A DNA stretch of 64,000 bases from Christensenella sp. UBA7571 (lineage in GTDB: Bacteria > Bacillota > Clostridia > Christensenellales > CAG-917), in contig DLLD01000016.1 of NCBI GenBank assembly GCA_002476605.1, forward strand, positions 99,225 through 163,224. Reading direction: 5' to 3'. Each line of letters opens with the position of its first letter. Positions within the stretch are counted from its first letter, which is position 1. Under the pieces are notes generated by a model that was given only the letters and a program-made list of their open reading frames with translations, ran no database searches and was not told the origin of the DNA. This document shows positions 47,919-56,711 of the stretch, piece after piece. The position numbers and the translations under genes are program-made.

Positions 47919-47939
47919 CGAGTCCTGTTGCCTCCACCA
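47919..47939 (+). repeat. direct repeat of the tRNA-Val 3' end (distal att site of the island)
   Basis: Exact 21-nt match to 36149-36169. Degenerate terminator-like homology continues to ~48010. Confidence 0.75.
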
Positions 47940-48153
47940 ATCGATAACCATCCGCACCTATAGCACTTACAGGAGCGGATATTTTATTTTTATCGGGCAT
48001 TTTGTAGTTTATTGGTAAACACAAATCTTTGTTCCTTTTTATTCCATACCTAATATTAAAAGTTACATAATGATTTCCGTATATAAATAAAATATTGCCA
48101 TAAAAGTTTCGGAGTGGTATAATACAGAAAAATAAATAGTTTTTAGGCGAAAT

Positions 48154-49911
48154 ATGAAAAGAGATATTGAAAAATTGCAAGAGTTCGTCAGAGACGGCGG
48201 AATCGACGCGTATATCGTGTTTACCAGCGACGATCACGGCAGTGAATACGTCGTGGATCACTTCAAAACGCGCGCGTTTCTTTGCGGATTTACGGGAAGC
48301 GCGGGCACGCTCGTGGTGACGAGAGACGGCGCGTATCTGTGGACGGACGGAAGATATTTTATTCAAGCGGCAGAGCAACTTAAAGCAACCGATACCGTGC
48401 TTATGAAAGCGGGTGAAGAGGGTGTGCAGTCCATTTTCGAGTTTGTGAAAAAACTCTCCGATACGCCCAAAATTGCGTTTGATTTTACCACGGCTACGGT
48501 TGAATTCGTCGAAGCGTTGAAGAAGAGCGTCAAGGGCGCAGAACTCGTCGATTGCGGTGAAATTATCGACCGTATTTGGCAAGATCGTCCCGAAGTCGCG
48601 CCTACGAAGGCGTGGATTTTGCCCGATAACGCAACGGGTGAGAGCGTCAAGAGCAAGATTGAAAACTTGCAAAAAGACCTTGAAAAACAAGATTGCGAAT
48701 ACGCGCTCGTCTCCTCGCTTGACGATATTGCGTGGCTTTTCAATATGCGCGGAAGCGATATCGAGTACAATCCCGTCAATTATGCGTACGCAATCGTGTC
48801 CAAGGACGGCGCGACGTTGTTTATAGACGATAGAAAACTCGATGCGAAATGCAAGAAAATTCTTGCGGAAAACGATATAAATACGTTGCCGTATAGCGAC
48901 GTTTACGGCGTGGTTTCGCAAATAGAGGGAAGAGTGCTTATCGACAAGGAAAAGACCAATTACGCGCTGTTCTCTCGCATAAAGAACGTCAAAGAGACGG
49001 AGTCTTTCCCCACGACGGTGAGAAAGGCAATAAAGAACGTGGTCGAGATAAAGAATATGAAAAAAGCGCACGTCGAGGACGGCGTTGCAGTGCTCAAATT
49101 TATGCGTTATCTCAAAGAGAACGCGGGCAAAGAGGCTATGAGCGAGATTTCGCTTGCGGACAAGCTCGAAGCGTTTAGAAGAGAAAGCAAAAACTTCCTC
49201 GACCTCAGTTTCGACACCATTTGCGGATACGCTTCAAACGGCGCAATCGTGCATTATTCCGCAACTCCCGAGACGGACAAAGTAGTCGAAAATAAGGGCT
49301 TACTCCTCGTTGACAGCGGTGCGCAATATCGTTACGGCACGACGGATATAACTCGTACGTTTGCGATGGGCAAGGTTACGAACGAGGAGAAGCGCGCGTT
49401 TACTATCGTGCTTAAATCGCATATCGCGCTTGCAAGAGCGACGTTCCCCAAAGGAACGACGGGGGCACGTCTCGATATGATTTCCAGAGCGCCGATGTAT
49501 GCCAGCGGTATGGACTTCAAGCACGGCACGGGGCACGGCGTTGGATATTTGCTCAACGTCCACGAAGGTCCGCAAAATATCTCACCGAGAGCGTTTACGC
49601 CCAAGTACGCCGTTTTGCCGTGTATGATTACGTCCAACGAACCCGGTTTTTACGAGGAAGGCAAGTTTGGAATAAGACACGAAAACCTCGTGCTTTGCGT
49701 GGAAAAAGAAAAGACGGAATACGGCACGTTCTGCGCGTTCGAGACGATAACGCTCGTGCCTTTCGACCTTGACGCAATAGACGTAAAACTGCTTGACGAG
49801 GACGAAAAAGCGTGGCTCAACGCATATCATAAGACGGTGCGCAAGACTATCGGCAAGTACCTCGACGGCAAAGATTTGAAGTTCCTCGAAAGAGCGACGA
49901 GAGAAATCTAA
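48154..49911 (+). CDS. Xaa-Pro aminopeptidase (M24B, creatinase-like N-domains)
   Basis: M24 metal ligands (DSGAQY..GTTDITRT, HGTGHGVG, SNEPGFY, E in RHEN). 585 aa. Confidence 0.85.
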   Translation: MKRDIEKLQEFVRDGGIDAYIVFTSDDHGSEYVVDHFKTRAFLCGFTGSAGTLVVTRDGAYLWTDGRYFIQAAEQLKATDTVLMKAGEEGVQSIFEFVKKLSDTPKIAFDFTTATVEFVEALKKSVKGAELVDCGEIIDRIWQDRPEVAPTKAWILPDNATGESVKSKIENLQKDLEKQDCEYALVSSLDDIAWLFNMRGSDIEYNPVNYAYAIVSKDGATLFIDDRKLDAKCKKILAENDINTLPYSDVYGVVSQIEGRVLIDKEKTNYALFSRIKNVKETESFPTTVRKAIKNVVEIKNMKKAHVEDGVAVLKFMRYLKENAGKEAMSEISLADKLEAFRRESKNFLDLSFDTICGYASNGAIVHYSATPETDKVVENKGLLLVDSGAQYRYGTTDITRTFAMGKVTNEEKRAFTIVLKSHIALARATFPKGTTGARLDMISRAPMYASGMDFKHGTGHGVGYLLNVHEGPQNISPRAFTPKYAVLPCMITSNEPGFYEEGKFGIRHENLVLCVEKEKTEYGTFCAFETITLVPFDLDAIDVKLLDEDEKAWLNAYHKTVRKTIGKYLDGKDLKFLERATREI

Positions 49912-50142
49912 AAGCACGCGGAATACGCAAAAACGATATTTTAACTATACGAAAAGCAGGTTTGAAGCCTGCTTTTTGCGTCGTTTGTGCGAAATAATCG
50001 GTGGGACACCAACACCAGAATGAATACGCTACGATAGATTGCCACGTCGCTACGCTCCTCGCAATGGCGATTCGAGCGCCACAAGTAAGCAAGTTTGATT
50101 ACGCTTTTGTAACGAATTTGACCGTGCTACCTTACCGTGCCG

Positions 50143-51057
50143 TTACGCTTGTTGCAATGATTGCCTATACTCTTCGATGAGGCTATTGAAGTAGGAAGTG
50201 TAATCGTCGTATTCCGTTTGGTCGAGATAGAACCAAGAGAGCTCTTCGTATTCGTCAAATTCTTGACCGTCGATATTGACTTTGACTTCTCTATGCGGAG
50301 TGCCTATTTCGAAGGTGAAAGTGTCTTCGCCTATCGTCATAGATACGGGCTTGTTGGTCTCGGCGTCTTTGCCGAACGATACGGTGAGATTGGGGACGAT
50401 TACCGCGGTCTCGTCCGATTTGAGCGCGTAGTAGAGGGTGGCGGTGCAATAAGCGGCGTCTACGTCGTAATACTTGTAGATGTATTCGCTGAAATTCTTT
50501 TGCAAGCCGTTGGTCAATTCCGCTTTGTACATCGAGTTATATTGATATACGTCGTAGTCGAATACGGGGATTTCACCCAAAGCGTTTTTGACGGTTGCCA
50601 AATCCGTGGCGTTGCTGATTTTGTCGTATTGGATATCGCGCGCGTCAGTGAGTTTGGTCGCCGCCGTCCAACGATATACGAGGGATATTTTCTTTTGTGC
50701 GTTGACGTTGAGAACGTTTGGTTTTTGTCCCTCACCGAGAACGTAGGTGATTGACGTGACCTTGTTTTCGTCGTTTACGGTGTATTCGAGTTTTACCTTG
50801 CGCGCAAAAGTGGACGTCACGCTATCTCTGTAAACGTAGTAGCCGTAGTCGCTTCCCGTGAGGACGATATACGCCTCTTTGCCGTATTTTTCGATATTGT
50901 CGACGGTGTCTTGCTGATATTCCGTGGTTTTGTCCGTGACGAGTTTGTACGTGCCGACGATTTTCTCCATTTCGGCGGGATTGCAAGCCACCAAAACGCT
51001 TGCGATTATTGCCGTAACGAGTACGAGCAATGCGAGGAGCAAAGCTTTTCTTTTCAT
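50143..51057 (-). CDS. hypothetical lipoprotein
   Basis: Signal peptide with lipobox LVACN. No recognisable catalytic motif. Confidence 0.5.
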   Translation of the reverse strand: MKRKALLLALLVLVTAIIASVLVACNPAEMEKIVGTYKLVTDKTTEYQQDTVDNIEKYGKEAYIVLTGSDYGYYVYRDSVTSTFARKVKLEYTVNDENKVTSITYVLGEGQKPNVLNVNAQKKISLVYRWTAATKLTDARDIQYDKISNATDLATVKNALGEIPVFDYDVYQYNSMYKAELTNGLQKNFSEYIYKYYDVDAAYCTATLYYALKSDETAVIVPNLTVSFGKDAETNKPVSMTIGEDTFTFEIGTPHREVKVNIDGQEFDEYEELSWFYLDQTEYDDYTSYFNSLIEEYRQSLQQA

Positions 51058-51245
51058 AATTATTCCTCCGAATTGCTTTCAGTTTAGCATTTTTGCGGGA
51101 AATGTCAATACGTGGGCATATTAAGGCGTATTTGGCAAAGTCAAGAAGAGATTGAAATCCGCTTGGGGAAAATGCCTTTTCGATATTGCAAATCTTATTA
51201 AAAGATATTATAATATCAACATAAACGCAATAAGGAAGAAAAATT

Positions 51246-52655
51246 ATGTTGCTTACAACTATGCTTATCCGCACGCTTTTGTGCAAGCCAAAAGAGATCG
51301 ACGCCGGTGAATACAAGGCAAGAGAATTTGACAAAGACGTCATTGCAAAGCACTTGTCCGAGGCAGTGCAAATCCCCACAGTGTCAATGGTCGGAGAGTT
51401 CGAGGGCGTTGACAAGCCTTTCCACGACTATCACGCGTGGCTTGAAAAGACCTATCCGCTCATTCACGCAACGGCGCAGAAGACGGTTATCAACAATTAT
51501 AGTCTCGTGTATCGCTTCAAGGGCAAAAATCCCGAGTTGTTGCCTGGCGCGTTCCTTGCGCACCAAGACGTAGTTCCCGCACCCAAAGAGGGTTGGGATT
51601 ACGAGCCGTTCGGCGGCACGATTGACGACGGATTTATTTGGGGACGCGGAACGCAAGATATGAAAGGCACGATGATTTCCTTGCTCGAAGCAATGGAAAA
51701 ACTGCTCTCGGAAGGTTGGCAACCCGAAAGAGACGTGTATTTCTGCTTCGGTCACGATGAAGAAGCGTGGACGGAAGAAGGCGCGGCGCATATTTGCAAA
51801 TGGTTTCAAGAGCAAAATATCAAACTTGAATACATCGTCGACGAGGGCGGTACGATTATCGACGGCAAGATGATAGGTGAGGACAAGTTGTTCGGTCTTA
51901 TCGCAACGTGCGAAAAGGGCAATATGAATATGACTTTGACCGTCGAGAAGGCGGGCGGACACGCTTCCAACCCCAAGAAACCGTCGGCGGCGGCAATTAT
52001 GGGTAAGGCACTCGTCAAACTCGACAAGCACCCGATGCCCAGCAAATGGACGCCCGCTACCAAGCAAACGTTCAAACTTATTGCGCCTCACGTGAAATTC
52101 CCGTTCAGATTTATCCTCGTAAACAGAGACATTTTGAGCCCGTTGCTCAAATTCGTGTTTAAGAAGATATCTCTCACCAACGCGCTCATATCCACGACTT
52201 TTGCGCAAACGATGCTCCACGGAAGCGACGCAGAGAACGTCATTCCGCCCAAGGTTACGGCAAATATCAACACTCGTATAATCACGGGCGTTACCAGCGA
52301 CGAAGTGCTTGCATATACGCAAAAATTGCTCGGCAAAGACGTAAAAGTGGAAAGACACGGCAAAGGCACGGAAGCAACCGCAGTATCTCCCATCGACGTA
52401 AAACCGTGGCACGACCTCAACGTCGCTATCAAGCAAATTTTCCCGACGATGGTCACCGCTCCGTATATGTTTATCGCCAACAGCGACAGCCGCTATTACG
52501 GTGAAGTGTGCGACAATATCTACCGCTTCACGCCCTTCCTTATGACGCTTGACGACCAAAAGCGTATACACGCAATCAACGAGCGCGTAAGCATCGACGC
52601 AATGGAAAAGGCAACGCAATTCTTTGCACAATGCCTCGAAGTTATGAACAAATAA
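51246..52655 (+). CDS. M20 family metallopeptidase (carboxypeptidase/deacylase-like)
   Basis: LAHQDVVPA, GRGTQDMKG and GHDEE metal-binding motifs. Confidence 0.75.
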   Translation: MLLTTMLIRTLLCKPKEIDAGEYKAREFDKDVIAKHLSEAVQIPTVSMVGEFEGVDKPFHDYHAWLEKTYPLIHATAQKTVINNYSLVYRFKGKNPELLPGAFLAHQDVVPAPKEGWDYEPFGGTIDDGFIWGRGTQDMKGTMISLLEAMEKLLSEGWQPERDVYFCFGHDEEAWTEEGAAHICKWFQEQNIKLEYIVDEGGTIIDGKMIGEDKLFGLIATCEKGNMNMTLTVEKAGGHASNPKKPSAAAIMGKALVKLDKHPMPSKWTPATKQTFKLIAPHVKFPFRFILVNRDILSPLLKFVFKKISLTNALISTTFAQTMLHGSDAENVIPPKVTANINTRIITGVTSDEVLAYTQKLLGKDVKVERHGKGTEATAVSPIDVKPWHDLNVAIKQIFPTMVTAPYMFIANSDSRYYGEVCDNIYRFTPFLMTLDDQKRIHAINERVSIDAMEKATQFFAQCLEVMNK

Positions 52656-52834
52656 CGCAAAATCAAAAATTTTTTCACCGCAAGGCAATCAAACGCTTTG
52701 CGGTGTTTTTTTGCCGTTATCGGCAAAAATCGGCGTTTTATTTTCAAACTAACCTATGAATTTTGCCGATATCGGCAAAATTTGCAAAATACTTTGAAAC
52801 AAATCTTTACTTTTTGCCGATAAACGTATATAAT

Positions 52835-53728
52835 ATGAGTATGAAATATTTATCCGTAAGCGAAATAGCAAAAAAGTGGAATATATCCGAGAGAAGCGTG
52901 CGCAACTATTGCAGTGCGGGCAAAATCGACGGTGTGTTTTTGACGGGCAAGACGTGGAACATACCTTGCGACGCGCAAAAACCGAGTAGGGCAAACGGCA
53001 AGAGCGAAGCAAGTCGCTCGTTGACGGATATTTTGCGTGCGGAAAAGGCAAACGGCGTTTCGGGCGGTATTTATCACAAAATTCAAATAGAATTGACGTA
53101 CAATTCCAACCACATTGAAGGAAGCAAGTTGTCTCACGAGCAAACGCGTTATATTTTTGAAACCAACACCATCGGTATGGACAAAAATCTCAACGTCGAC
53201 GATATAATCGAGACCGCCAACCATTTTAAGTGCATAGATATGGTTATCGACAGCGCAAATTATAGGTTGTCCGAAAACTTCATAAAAGCGTTGCATAAGA
53301 CGCTCAAAAGCGGTACGAGCGACGGTAGATTGTCGTGGTTCAACGTGGGTGAGTATAAAAAATTGCCGAACGAGGTAGGCGGAAAAGAGACGGTTGCACC
53401 CGATAAAGTGGCGGAAAGAATCGCAAATCTTCTTGACGAATACAACGCGCTCGAAAAGCCTACGTTTGACGATATTTTGGATTTCCATCAAAGATTTGAA
53501 AGTATACACCCTTTCCAAGACGGCAACGGAAGAGTGGGAAGACTGTTGCTTTTCAAGGAGTGTTTGAGACTTGATATCGTGCCGTTTATCATTGACGAGG
53601 ACTTGAAAATGTTCTATTATTGCGGACTTAAAGAGTGGGGTAACGATAGGGCGTATTTGAGAGATACGTGCCTTTGCGCGCAAGACAAATTCAAGAAATA
53701 TCTCGATTATTTTCAAATCCGATATTGA
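52835..53728 (+). CDS. Fic family protein with an N-terminal HTH DNA-binding domain
   Basis: N-terminus LSVSEIAKKWNISERSVRNYCSAGKIDG. SNHIEG ((S/T)xxxE(G/N)-type motif). Fic core HPFQDGNGRVGRLL. Confidence 0.8.
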   Translation: MSMKYLSVSEIAKKWNISERSVRNYCSAGKIDGVFLTGKTWNIPCDAQKPSRANGKSEASRSLTDILRAEKANGVSGGIYHKIQIELTYNSNHIEGSKLSHEQTRYIFETNTIGMDKNLNVDDIIETANHFKCIDMVIDSANYRLSENFIKALHKTLKSGTSDGRLSWFNVGEYKKLPNEVGGKETVAPDKVAERIANLLDEYNALEKPTFDDILDFHQRFESIHPFQDGNGRVGRLLLFKECLRLDIVPFIIDEDLKMFYYCGLKEWGNDRAYLRDTCLCAQDKFKKYLDYFQIRY

Positions 53729-53817
53729 GCCGTTATAAACAAAATATGAAAAATATTTCATATTCGTTGACGGCAAAATCGGGAAGTGGTATAGTTTTGG
53801 TGAAGGAGGCAGACGAT

Positions 53818-54078
53818 ATGATTGAAATCAGTATGAAAGTGGACGGTATGCAGTGCGGTATGTGCGAGTCGCACGTCAACGATGCGGTGAGAAAATCCGC
53901 AAACGTCAAAAAAGTTACGTCTTCGCACGTTGCAAATTCAACGGTGGTCGTGGCAGAGGACGACGTGGACGTAAACGCCATTAAACAAGGCATCGAAAAA
54001 GAAGGTTACGTCGTGTCCGACGTCGTGGTCAAACCGTATCGAAAGAAAGGATTTTTTGCGTCTTTGTTCAAAAAATAA
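53818..54078 (+). CDS. heavy-metal-associated (HMA) domain protein, CopZ-like
   Basis: VDGMQCGMCESHV (GMxCxxC). GAAGGAGG RBS. 86 aa. Confidence 0.75.
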   Translation: MIEISMKVDGMQCGMCESHVNDAVRKSANVKKVTSSHVANSTVVVAEDDVDVNAIKQGIEKEGYVVSDVVVKPYRKKGFFASLFKK

Positions 54079-54203
54079 TCGATAAAGAAGCAAAAAAGCA
54101 GAACCGCTTGCAAGTCGAGCGGTTTTTTATTGCGATTTTTCAAATTTTTGCATAAGCGCACCCGACCGCTCATAGAGTATAGCAAACCAAGTTGGAGGAG
54201 TTT

Positions 54204-55682
54204 ATGGATAAATTTGACCTTTATCGAGACATAGCGTCACGAACGGGCGGAGACGTTTACGTCGGAGTGGTTGGGCCTGTACGCACGGGTAAATCGACGC
54301 TCATCAAACAAGTGATGCAACAATTTGTGGTTGACGGAATTGTCAATGCCGACGAACGTAGTCGCGCGATAGACGAAATTCCTCAATCCGCGGACGGAAA
54401 GACGATTATGACCACGCAACCGCGCTTCGTGCCTAACGAGGCGGTCAGAGTGTCGGTGGGTGATAATATTGCCGTCAATATGAGGCTTATAGATTGCGTG
54501 GGGTATCTCGTGGACGGAGCGCTCGGCGCAGAGGAAGACGGCAAGGAACGTATGGTTTCCACGCCGTGGTCGGACGAGGATATGCCGTTTTCAAAGGCGG
54601 CGGAAATCGGCACGCAAAAGGTCATAAAAGAGCATAGCACCATTGCGCTTGCGGTGACGACGGACGGAAGTTTCGGCAATATCCCGCGTGAAGACTACGT
54701 CAAGGCGGAAGAGCGAGTGGTGAACGAACTTAAAGAGTGCAAAAAGCCTTTTGCGATCGTTCTCAACGTTGCGGACGAAAACTCTGAAAGCGCGCAAAAA
54801 CTCAAAGACGAACTTGCAAAAAAGTACGACGCACCCGTCGTCGTCAAGAACGCGCTCACTATGAAAGAGAGCGATATCAGCGAAATTTTGGAGACGATTT
54901 TGCTTGAATTCAGCGTCAAAATCATCGACTTCGATTTGCCTCGCTGGGTGCAAGCGTTGCCTCTCGACAACGACGTCGTAAAGGAACTTATCGAAAGCGT
55001 CAGAAGAATGGCGGACGACGTCGACAAGATGAAAGACTACGACAAAATCGACGGATATTTTGAAAATGCGGACTATTGGCAACAACCTTTGTCAATCGGT
55101 ATAGACGCCGGCAAGGGCAGAGTGCAAGTGGATATGAAGCCCAAAGATGGAGTGTTCTTCAAGGTTGCAAGCACGGAGTGCGGTATAGATATCGAGGACG
55201 ATTTCGATTTGCTCACCGAGCTCAAAGCACTTTGCAAGGGTAGGGACAAAATCCAAAAACTTCAATCCGCAATGGAGCAAGTGGAAACGCTCGGCTACGG
55301 CATCGTTATGCCCACTATGGACGAGATCGAATTACAAGAACCTCAAATCTTGCACCAAGGTCAACAATACGGCGTAAAACTTAAAGCAAGCGCACCGTCC
55401 TTGCATATTATGAAAGTCAACGTCGAGACGGAAGTAAGCCCCATCGTCGGCAGTGAACAACAGAGCAAAGACTTGGTTGACAGTATGCTACTCGATTTTG
55501 AAAACGACAAGCAGGCGATTTGGGACACTAACATCTTCGGACGCTCGCTTTCGACGCTCGTTGCGGACGGCATCAACAACAAGTTGCAAACCGTGCCCAC
55601 CGATGCGGAACAGAAGTTGCGCAAGACTCTCGGACGTATCGTCAACGAGGGCAAGGGCGGTGTAATATGCATCTTGCTGTGA
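54204..55682 (+). CDS. spoIVA: stage IV sporulation protein A (spore coat morphogenetic ATPase)
   Basis: IYRDIA-type N-terminus (DLYRDIASRTGGDVYVGVVGPVRTGKSTLIK), length ~492 aa, C-terminus GKGGVICILL. Confidence 0.92.
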   Translation: MDKFDLYRDIASRTGGDVYVGVVGPVRTGKSTLIKQVMQQFVVDGIVNADERSRAIDEIPQSADGKTIMTTQPRFVPNEAVRVSVGDNIAVNMRLIDCVGYLVDGALGAEEDGKERMVSTPWSDEDMPFSKAAEIGTQKVIKEHSTIALAVTTDGSFGNIPREDYVKAEERVVNELKECKKPFAIVLNVADENSESAQKLKDELAKKYDAPVVVKNALTMKESDISEILETILLEFSVKIIDFDLPRWVQALPLDNDVVKELIESVRRMADDVDKMKDYDKIDGYFENADYWQQPLSIGIDAGKGRVQVDMKPKDGVFFKVASTECGIDIEDDFDLLTELKALCKGRDKIQKLQSAMEQVETLGYGIVMPTMDEIELQEPQILHQGQQYGVKLKASAPSLHIMKVNVETEVSPIVGSEQQSKDLVDSMLLDFENDKQAIWDTNIFGRSLSTLVADGINNKLQTVPTDAEQKLRKTLGRIVNEGKGGVICILL

Positions 55683-55730
55683 TGCGAGATAATACGAAAA
55701 CACGGCTTTAAGTCATCGTTTGAAAAGAAT

Positions 55731-55775
55731 AAAGTGCGGAAATCGATTTAATTCGGCTTCCGCACTTTATTTTTG
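55731..55775 (+). terminator. rho-independent terminator of spoIVA
   Basis: AAAGTGCGGAA-N16-TTCCGCACTTT followed by ATTTTT. Confidence 0.6.
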
Positions 55776-55790
55776 AAATTTAACGTTGTA

Positions 55791-56627
55791 TTATTCAATC
55801 TTATTACTTTTGCCCATATTACATCTATCGCATAGCGTTCGCAAATTTGACAATTCCGTTTTCCCGCCTTTGGATACGGGAACTATATGATCAACGTGTA
55901 GCTTTGCGCCTTCTTGTGCCGTAGCACCACATATTTGGCATCTAAATCCGTCGCGTTTCATAACGTCATAGCGTAATGAGTCTGACATTTTGGCTCTTTC
56001 GACTTGTACTTGGTATTTGTGTGTCTTTTTCTCTTCAATAAGTTCTTTTACTCTTTCGTAGCATTTGACTGTTTGGTCAAAGCCGTAGTTGTCGTGTTTG
56101 CGATAATAATTACGACCTTTCGGACTAGTATACGTCGCGCTTATTATCGTAGTGAAATATAGTTGCGGATGAAGTTTTTCTTTATTGACGAGTTTGTTTT
56201 CTATCTTTATGAAAGCTTTTAGCGGAACGCCAAACTGTTTTGCTTCTACATTCGTCACGGTTGATTTTAGATTGTCAAAATCCGCGCAATAAAGTCTGTA
56301 CTTTCTTCTATTTTCGTCTATTCTATTTATAAGTTTTTCATAGGATTCTAAATGTTTTTCAATATAACTCATAAATACTTTGAGCAAATTAACGCGGTCG
56401 AAAGAATATTTTGAATTACAAGACAAGTTATATGAAACAGTATTAGACTTAAAAGAGAAGAACTCGTATTTTTTGTTCAACTCTTGTAAATTTTTATAGC
56501 GAGTGCTATATACTTTTACTTTTTTACGGTAAGCGACGTAAACTTGTGTGCAAATAATTGCTATTATAGCGCCCGCTACTAAAACTGATGCTATTGCGAT
56601 AATGGATATTTCTTTTGCAGTCATCAT
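55791..56627 (-). CDS. membrane-anchored HNH endonuclease domain protein
   Basis: N-terminal TM helix (ISIIAIASVLVAGAIIAIICTQVYV), a central domain I cannot assign, and C-terminal HNH (CQICGA...HVDHIVPVSKGG...NLRTLCDRCNMGKSN). AT-rich relative to its neighbours. Confidence 0.65.
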   Translation of the reverse strand: MMTAKEISIIAIASVLVAGAIIAIICTQVYVAYRKKVKVYSTRYKNLQELNKKYEFFSFKSNTVSYNLSCNSKYSFDRVNLLKVFMSYIEKHLESYEKLINRIDENRRKYRLYCADFDNLKSTVTNVEAKQFGVPLKAFIKIENKLVNKEKLHPQLYFTTIISATYTSPKGRNYYRKHDNYGFDQTVKCYERVKELIEEKKTHKYQVQVERAKMSDSLRYDVMKRDGFRCQICGATAQEGAKLHVDHIVPVSKGGKTELSNLRTLCDRCNMGKSNKIE

Positions 56628-56711
56628 ACTCCCCAAAGCAGTTTTTTATATATAATATCACAAAAAATAAAAGCACACAATACCAATAATGATTTTGCTG
56701 CTTTTAGTTCT

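Larger units (their letters stand above)
36170..47939. mobile_element. integrated genomic island at tRNA-Val 3' end (defence/R-M cargo, large serine recombinase)
   Basis: CGAGTCCTGTTGCCTCCACCA (36149-36169) is repeated exactly at 47919-47939. The next ~70 nt are also homologous (ACCA.TCCGCACC...GCGGAT...TTTTATTTT...TTGTAGTTT). The interior is AT-richer than the flanks and holds recombinase, methyltransferase, nuclease-helicase and HTH genes. Confidence 0.65.

Noticed and set aside
36170-47939. Island considered as a prophage or a conjugative element
   Set aside because: No capsid, terminase, tail, relaxase, coupling-protein or T4SS genes are present. The content is limited to a recombinase, regulators and defence-type cargo, so it looks like a small integrative (possibly mobilisable) island.
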